Assembly (NCBI GenBank): GCA_934247875.1
Contig: CAKQJZ010000001.1
Span: forward strand, 352 to 64,351
DNA length: 64,000 nt
From: an uncultured Spirochaetales bacterium
GTDB lineage: Bacteria > Spirochaetota > Spirochaetia > Sphaerochaetales > Sphaerochaetaceae
Direction of reading: 5' to 3'
Every line of letters begins with the position of its first letter. Within the stretch, counting starts at the first letter, position 1. The notes under the pieces were generated by a model, which searched no databases, had not been told where the DNA came from, and saw nothing but the letters and a program-made list of their open reading frames with translations. This document shows, one piece after another, positions 58,757-64,000 of the stretch. A program made the translations under genes and the position numbers.

Positions 58757-59880
58757 TTAAGCTTCTCCGGAACTTCAATCTCAAGGCATGCTAATAAGAA
58801 TGGGCCAACACCTTGGAGGTTGTCAGTGACTATAGGCTCACGCTCTGTGTAGTACTCAAATGTTCCATCTCTGAATGGACACTCTGGATAGTATTTTCCA
58901 AGTCCTGCACCTCTGCAGATGTCATTGAGATGCAATAAGCCATTCTCATCTTTAGATACTTTAAGATTTACTAAGCCGTTGTAGCCTTTCTCTGCAGCTT
59001 CTCTTAGCTTAATGTCCTTCATGTATCCCTTTCTATACATCTTAGCAAGGAAATATACGAACATAGATGAAGAAGAGGATTCAAGGTAGTTCTTGCCTGT
59101 CTTGCCTCTGTCCATAACCTGGTACCAGAGTCCGCTTTCGCTATCCTGAACATTCATGATTGGAGCGACTAAAGAGGAAGCAAGCTTTATCATGCGATCT
59201 CTGTAATCTTTGTATTCTTCACTATCAGGAATGTAATCAAGCACATCAACAAGTGCCATGACATACCATCCCATTGCGCGGCCCCAGACGCACTTTGAAA
59301 CGCCTGTCTCTTTATCTGCCCATGCCATAGCTTTGCTCTCGTCCCACGCATGGCGGAGAAGGCCATTGTCATCGATTGCTGTATGCTTGTATATAAGCTC
59401 GAATTGATATACTAAGTCATCAAGGCATTTCTTCAAGTCGCCATAAAGAGAAGCGTAGCGAACATAGAATGAGCCCTGCATATAAAGTCCATCAAGCCAC
59501 ATCTGATTAGGGTAGATTTGCTTATGCCAGAATCCGCCAGATGGAGTTCTAGGCTGCTTCATGAGCTGAGAGTAGAAGAGATCGAGAAGGTCTTTGTATT
59601 TCTTGTCGCCTGTCTCTGCATAGAAGTCAAAGAAGACTTTGCCTGGGCTTATCTGATCCATGCTGAATTCATTGAGATCATAGCCTTTGATTGAGCCATC
59701 TTTTTCAAAGAATAGCTCGAATCTGTTTCTTACCCAGTCTTTGATGCTCTGGTCGTTGAATGCTTTTCCTACTTTATATAAGCACTCAAGGCCAAGTCCA
59801 TTGACATAGTCATAGAAAGCTTTGTCTTCTGTGTACCACTTCTCAATTGAGTGCGCCATCTCTAGTGAAACGTATCTCAT
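58753..59880 (-). CDS. glycoside hydrolase family 105/88 (unsaturated rhamnogalacturonyl/galacturonyl hydrolase, YteR-like)
   Basis: The motifs WLDGLYM and WGRAMGWYVMALVDVL fit the alpha/alpha-barrel pattern of YteR/YesR-type enzymes. Confidence 0.86.
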   Translation of the reverse strand: MRYVSLEMAHSIEKWYTEDKAFYDYVNGLGLECLYKVGKAFNDQSIKDWVRNRFELFFEKDGSIKGYDLNEFSMDQISPGKVFFDFYAETGDKKYKDLLDLFYSQLMKQPRTPSGGFWHKQIYPNQMWLDGLYMQGSFYVRYASLYGDLKKCLDDLVYQFELIYKHTAIDDNGLLRHAWDESKAMAWADKETGVSKCVWGRAMGWYVMALVDVLDYIPDSEEYKDYRDRMIKLASSLVAPIMNVQDSESGLWYQVMDRGKTGKNYLESSSSSMFVYFLAKMYRKGYMKDIKLREAAEKGYNGLVNLKVSKDENGLLHLNDICRGAGLGKYYPECPFRDGTFEYYTEREPIVTDNLQGVGPFLLACLEIEVPEKLK

Positions 59881-59889
59881 ATCTTCTCC

Positions 59890-60918
59890 TTATTTTGTGA
59901 AATCAAGAACGACTTTTAGCCAGCTAGCGCTGTTTTTATCAAGATCAGAAAATGCTGCAGCAGCTTCTTCATATGGATATACTTTAGTGATTATACCATC
60001 AAGAGATAGCTTTCCTTCTTTTATCTCATCTATAGTCTTGATGAAATCGCTCTTGAGTGCATTTCTTGATCCGAATATGTTGAGTTCTTTTTTCTGGATC
60101 ATAGTGAAGTTGAAGTCTAGATTCTTCTTTCCAACACCAATAAGAACCATTCTACCACCAAAGCAAACGCTATCTATAGCATTCTGGAATGTGCTAGGCA
60201 GTCCTACTGCTTCTACTGTTACATCAAAACCAGAGCTCCCTGTGATTCTATCTACTTCGCTCTTTAGATTCTCATCAGAAGAGTTGACGATGAATTTATC
60301 AAAGCCGAAGCTCTTTGCGCCTTCAAGCTTCTCTTCTGAGATATCGCTTAGCCATACTTCTGCTCCAAGAGAGCGTGCATAGATTGCAGCAAGAAGCCCG
60401 ATAGTGCCAGCTCCGATAACAAGGACTCTGTCTTCTGCTGTTACTTTAGCTCTGTCGATTCCATGTCGTCCAATACAGAAAGGCTCAACAGTTGCAAGTG
60501 TCTTTGCGCTAAGTCCTTTGCCGTCATATATTCTCTCAATAGGCATTACTACATACTCGCTGAATGCTCCCTCTCTCTGTACTCCCATAGTCTGGTTGTC
60601 CATGCATGCATTTACATGGCCATGCTTACATGAATAGCATTTTTGACAATTGAAATAAGGGTTGCATGTAACAATCATGCCTTTCTTTATTTTACAATCA
60701 GGATCTTTTGAGTTGACTTCGATTACCTCTGCAGAGAATTCATGACCAGGTGTCTGTGGATATTTGAAGTATGCAAAGCTACCTCTATATGAGCCTAAGT
60801 CACTTCCGCAAATGCCACCATAGAGCAGCTTTAACAGTGCTTCACCTTCTTTTGGCGCTACCATAGGTCTGTCAATAATCTCGACCTCTTTTGGGTTTTT
60901 GATAAGAATCGAATTCAT
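59890..60918 (-). CDS. zinc-dependent medium-chain dehydrogenase (sorbitol/threonine dehydrogenase-like)
   Basis: The catalytic Zn motif is GHEFSAEV, the structural Zn Cys cluster is CQKCYSCKHGHVNAC and the NAD-binding motif is VIGAGTIGL. Confidence 0.88.
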   Translation of the reverse strand: MNSILIKNPKEVEIIDRPMVAPKEGEALLKLLYGGICGSDLGSYRGSFAYFKYPQTPGHEFSAEVIEVNSKDPDCKIKKGMIVTCNPYFNCQKCYSCKHGHVNACMDNQTMGVQREGAFSEYVVMPIERIYDGKGLSAKTLATVEPFCIGRHGIDRAKVTAEDRVLVIGAGTIGLLAAIYARSLGAEVWLSDISEEKLEGAKSFGFDKFIVNSSDENLKSEVDRITGSSGFDVTVEAVGLPSTFQNAIDSVCFGGRMVLIGVGKKNLDFNFTMIQKKELNIFGSRNALKSDFIKTIDEIKEGKLSLDGIITKVYPYEEAAAAFSDLDKNSASWLKVVLDFTK

Positions 60919-60945
60919 TTCGTTTTCCTCTTTTATTTCAGTCTG

Positions 60946-60956
60946 TTGTATACATC
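60946..60956. promoter_or_regulatory. candidate GntR operator copy 1 (TTGTATACATC)
   Basis: It is the exact reverse complement of the 11-mer at 61171-61181. It lies within the near-palindrome CTGTTGTATACATCAG, immediately downstream of the -10 of the minus-strand promoter. Confidence 0.5.
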
Positions 60957-60958
60957 AG

Positions 60959-60987
60959 ATTATCGGTTTTAGATTTCTAATTGTCAA
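60959..60987 (-). promoter_or_regulatory. sigma70-like promoter of the dehydrogenase-GH105-GH28 operon
   Basis: On the minus strand TTGACA (60987-60982) is followed by a 17-nt spacer and GATAAT (60964-60959). Confidence 0.45.
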
Positions 60988-61152
60988 ACAAATAATCGTA
61001 AAATTTTCAAATTCTTTTTTATAATAAATGATAAATCATTAATTTATAAAAAAATAAATAGTCTAAAATGGTAGTAGAATATTATATGAAAATAGTAGAA
61101 ATCAAATAGCATTTGATTATTTTAAAAAAATAAAAATTTTAAAAAATATTTT

Positions 61153-61182
61153 TTGACAAATATAAAAAATGATGTATACAAT
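61153..61182 (+). promoter_or_regulatory. sigma70-like promoter of gntR and the ABC importer
   Basis: TTGACA (61153-61158) is followed either by a 16-nt spacer and TATACA or by an 18-nt spacer and TACAAT (61177-61182). Confidence 0.5.
61171..61181. promoter_or_regulatory. candidate GntR operator copy 2 (GATGTATACAA)
   Basis: It has a palindromic TGTATACA core that overlaps the -10 of the gntR promoter. Confidence 0.5.
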
Positions 61183-61203
61183 ATAGAAAACAGGGGAGTA
61201 ATC

Positions 61204-61881
61204 GTGAAGAAATCTACGCTTCAAAACAAGGCATACGACTATATAAAAGACAAAATCATATGCTGTGAATTCAAGCCAGGCGCAATGCTAAGCGAAGAGG
61301 TTTTGTCAGATACTCTCAAAATCAGCAGAACTCCAATCAGAGAAGCTATCGGAAAATTAGAGCAGGATGGGCTTTTGGTTGTTAAGCCAAAGAAAGGAAT
61401 CTTGGTCAAGCCTATCTCAATAGAAGATATAAACAATGTATTTGAACTCAGAATACTTTACGAGACATATGCAATCAAAACATATGGAAGAACAATATCT
61501 CCTGATCTGCTTTATCAGTACTACCAGAGAATTTCTGAAGAAGAACCAGTAAAGATGGCTAGGGAAGATTTCTTCAAAAGCGACGATGAGCTTCATTTCT
61601 TATTTGTTTCAGCTGTCAGAAACAGATTCATATTGGAGTCTTATGAAGCAATCACAGTACAGAATAATAGATTCAGATATATGACAGGGTTTTTTAATGA
61701 TCTCAGAATTGAAGAGACACGAAAAGAGCACTTGGAGGTCCTGAAGTATGCAATTGAGAATAGCTGGGACAAAGCGACAGAGGCTATGGAGCTCCATCTC
61801 CAGAAGTCAAAGAGCGTTGCATTCTCATACTTGCTATCGTCAGACTCTCTCTCAACTGGAATCTGTTCACCTGTAAATTGA
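61204..61881 (+). CDS. GntR family transcriptional regulator with FCD (FadR C-terminal) domain
   Basis: The HTH segment is MLSEEVLSDTLKISRTPIREAIGKLEQDGLLV. The helical FCD-like C-terminus has conserved His residues. The GTG start at 61204 is preceded by GGGGAG. Confidence 0.88.
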   Translation: MKKSTLQNKAYDYIKDKIICCEFKPGAMLSEEVLSDTLKISRTPIREAIGKLEQDGLLVVKPKKGILVKPISIEDINNVFELRILYETYAIKTYGRTISPDLLYQYYQRISEEEPVKMAREDFFKSDDELHFLFVSAVRNRFILESYEAITVQNNRFRYMTGFFNDLRIEETRKEHLEVLKYAIENSWDKATEAMELHLQKSKSVAFSYLLSSDSLSTGICSPVN

Positions 61882-61928
61882 ATATGCGTACTAATTTGAT
61901 GTTGAGATAATATTTCAAGGAGGAGAAT

Positions 61929-62894
61929 ATGGGAAAGAAGAAAAGCGATAATGCTTCCTTCAAAGCCGATTCTAAGAGAAATTATTGGGTACAGCTAGGA
62001 AAGGACCTGAATAGACAGAAGGGCATATACTTCTTGCTGCTTGTTCCAATGATTGTCTACTTTATCTTCAAGTATATTCCAATGTGGAATGCACAGATTG
62101 CATTCAGGGATTTTAAATCTGTTAAATTCGGTATTACACAGGCAAAGTGGGTTGGGCTAGCAAACTTCAAAGAGTTCATCAACTCTTATTATTTCTGGTC
62201 TATTATCAGAAACACGCTTGTTTACAGCTTTGGTAAGCTCTTAATCAGCCTTCCTCTTTCTATTCTTCTTGCTATTTCTATCTATGAATGCAGAATCAAG
62301 TGGCTTAGAAAGACTGTTCAGACACTTGCATACCTTCCTCACTTCCTATCATGGGTAATCATGTATGGTATTCTTCTTTCTCTCTTCTCACCGTCAGATG
62401 GTATTATCAACGATATCATCAAGATGTGCGGAGGAAAGCCAATAGACTTCCTTACTAACTCAAATGCATTCCCATGGCTGGTAATCCTATCTGATGCATG
62501 GAAGGAGATGGGTTGGTCAGCAATCATCTTCATTGCAGCTTTGATGGGTATCGATACGTCTCTATTTGAGGCTGCTATGGTAGAGGGTGCTAATAGCTGG
62601 CAGAGAACCTGGAATATTACACTTCCATCAATCAGACCTGTTATCGTAACTGTACTCCTCTTAAAGATAGGTACAATTCTAGACGCAGGCTTCAACCAGA
62701 TCTTCATGCTCTATTCTCCAGCTGTATATGATGTTGCAGATATCATCGATACCTGGGTTTATAGGCAGGGCCTTCTCGATGGCAAGTTCTCACTTGCTAC
62801 TGCTGCTGGTATCTTCAAGGGCGTAATTGGCATGGCACTTCTGTTCACATCCAACTACTTCTCTAAGAAAGTCAGCGAATCTTCATTGTTCTAA
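61929..62894 (+). CDS. carbohydrate ABC transporter permease (LplB/MsmF-like)
   Basis: It is a 6-TM permease with an EAA-like loop (FEAAMVEGANSWQRTWNITLP). Confidence 0.9.
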   Translation: MGKKKSDNASFKADSKRNYWVQLGKDLNRQKGIYFLLLVPMIVYFIFKYIPMWNAQIAFRDFKSVKFGITQAKWVGLANFKEFINSYYFWSIIRNTLVYSFGKLLISLPLSILLAISIYECRIKWLRKTVQTLAYLPHFLSWVIMYGILLSLFSPSDGIINDIIKMCGGKPIDFLTNSNAFPWLVILSDAWKEMGWSAIIFIAALMGIDTSLFEAAMVEGANSWQRTWNITLPSIRPVIVTVLLLKIGTILDAGFNQIFMLYSPAVYDVADIIDTWVYRQGLLDGKFSLATAAGIFKGVIGMALLFTSNYFSKKVSESSLF

Positions 62895-62904
62895 GAGGTC
62901 AAAG

Positions 62905-63804
62905 ATGAAAAAGAAAACAGAATCAGTAACAGTAAAACTAACAGCTGCAGATAGAGGCTTCAATCTTATAGTAAATATAATGATGGTCCTTCTTCTGGTC
63001 ATTCTCGTTGTTCCTCTGTGGTCTACACTGACACTTTCTTTCCGTCCTGCAGACTTTATTGGAACATATATCGAAGGCATGTTCATGGCTCCTTGGAAGT
63101 GGTCATTTGACGCATATGGCGCACTCCTGGGAAACAACGGCTTCTTGCTTTCATTCATGAATTCAATCAAGATTCTCGTTGGTGGTGTGTTTGTATCTCT
63201 ATTGATGACAATCCCACTAGCTTATGGACTATCTGTAAAGGGACTTAGAGGAAGAAAGTTCATTACTATCTTCGTTCTCATTCCTTATGTATTCAATGTA
63301 GGTATCATCCCAACATATATTCTTGTTGCCCAGATGAAGCTTACTAATCATCTATCATCTGTATTCCTGCCAGTATGTATTGGAACATATAACTGTCTTA
63401 TCATGAGATCATTCTTTGAAGGCATTCCTAATGAGCTTAGAGAGAGTGCTTCAATAGATGGGTGCAATGAGCTGCAGATCCTCTTCAGAATCATTCTACC
63501 GCTTTCAAAGGCAATCATCATGACAATCGGACTATATTATGGCGTTGCATTCTGGAACGACTATATGAGACCAATGCTCTACCTCACAAAAGACTATCTG
63601 AGACCACTTCCAATTCTTCTCAGAAACATCTTGCTTGCTGCTGGTATGAACGAGTTCGTAGAAGCAAAGGCATTTGGAAATGCACCAGTTGAGGCTATTA
63701 AGGCAGCATCTGTATTCATGTCTGCAATCCCAATGATCATTGCTTACCCATTTATTCAAAAGTACTTTACCAAGGGAACACTCCTTGGAAGTGTTAAAGG
63801 TTGA
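62905..63804 (+). CDS. carbohydrate ABC transporter permease (LplC/MsmG-like)
   Basis: It is a multi-TM permease with an EAA-like loop (RESASIDGCNELQILFRIILP). The start was set at the ATG at 62905 (MKKKTESV) rather than the overlapping track start. Confidence 0.9.
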   Translation: MKKKTESVTVKLTAADRGFNLIVNIMMVLLLVILVVPLWSTLTLSFRPADFIGTYIEGMFMAPWKWSFDAYGALLGNNGFLLSFMNSIKILVGGVFVSLLMTIPLAYGLSVKGLRGRKFITIFVLIPYVFNVGIIPTYILVAQMKLTNHLSSVFLPVCIGTYNCLIMRSFFEGIPNELRESASIDGCNELQILFRIILPLSKAIIMTIGLYYGVAFWNDYMRPMLYLTKDYLRPLPILLRNILLAAGMNEFVEAKAFGNAPVEAIKAASVFMSAIPMIIAYPFIQKYFTKGTLLGSVKG

Positions 63805-63827
63805 GTTAATTACTTAAGGAGGTAATT

Positions 63828-64000
63828 ATGAAAACTAGGAGAATTATCGCAATTGCGATCCTGTCTCTTCTTGTTGCTTCATTCGCATTCGCAAATGGTG
63901 CTCAGGAAAGTGGTAAAAAGTCTGATGGCCCAGTAACAATTGAGATGTGGTACAACGCAACTCAGACTGAAGTAGGTCCACTGCCTAATGACTGGAAGGG
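63828..64000 (+). CDS. extracellular solute-binding protein (LplA-like), 3' end cut by window edge
   Basis: An AAGGAGG RBS is present. The signal peptide MKTRRIIAIAILSLLVASFAFA is followed by ...VTIEMWYNATQTE, typical of family-1 sugar-binding proteins. Confidence 0.75.
   Translation, partial: MKTRRIIAIAILSLLVASFAFANGAQESGKKSDGPVTIEMWYNATQTEVGPLPNDWK

Noticed and set aside
59822-60382. A 186-aa plus-strand ORF spans the GH105/dehydrogenase junction.
   Set aside because: It is antisense to two genes with clear enzyme motifs. Its composition is Ser/Phe/Leu-rich and no motifs were found. It is a shadow ORF.
1-64000. I searched by eye for CRISPR arrays, long tandem repeats, prophage or integrase genes, reverse transcriptases, toxin-antitoxin pairs and known defence-gene signatures.
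   Set aside because: Nothing with regularly spaced repeats or the relevant motifs was seen. The intergenic regions are short and are explained by promoters, terminators, tRNAs and the tnpB element. A computational repeat finder and DefenseFinder/PADLOC would be needed for a definitive negative.

Overview
This is a dense chromosomal window, mostly coding, from a low-GC bacterium (about 40% GC judged by eye, not computed). The organism looks diderm: two large predicted outer-membrane beta-barrel proteins end in an aromatic Phe, and there are several lipobox or signal-peptide proteins. The gene content and the tig-clpP-clpX arrangement remind me of Spirochaetota (Treponema-like), but that is a guess I cannot verify here.

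Most of the window is housekeeping:
- Translation, proteolysis and repair: valS, lon, recO, recJ, rpsU, mutL, pepF, rdgB, nrnA, clpX, clpP, tig, rarA and ftsH.
- Metabolism: arcC and a serA-serC-lrp operon.
- RNA genes: a three-gene tRNA operon (His-Arg-Leu).
- Phosphate: a complete pstSCAB-phoU-phoB/phoR regulon with Pho-box-like repeats upstream of pstS.

The accessory content is limited:
1. A solo IS200/IS605-family tnpB element with no tnpA sits between rpsU and serA. Its reading frame is broken inside an (AG)5 tract, and its 3' end looks like an omega-RNA/right-end module.
2. A GntR-controlled pectin/oligogalacturonide utilisation locus contains GH28, GH105, a Zn-dehydrogenase and an LplABC-type ABC importer. 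An identical 11-bp operator is placed on both divergent promoters.
3. Several uncharacterised proteins stand out: a sigma2/sigma4-like protein with a long insertion, a RarA ATPase with a roughly 290-aa C-terminal extension, and 1178-aa and 592-aa outer-membrane proteins.

I saw no CRISPR array, cas genes, integrase or recombinase, reverse transcriptase, toxin-antitoxin pair or recognisable defence gene. I cannot point to a convincing novel multi-gene system. The tnpB/omega-RNA element and the atypical sigma-like protein are the best leads. All family assignments come from motifs I recognised in the translations, not from database searches.
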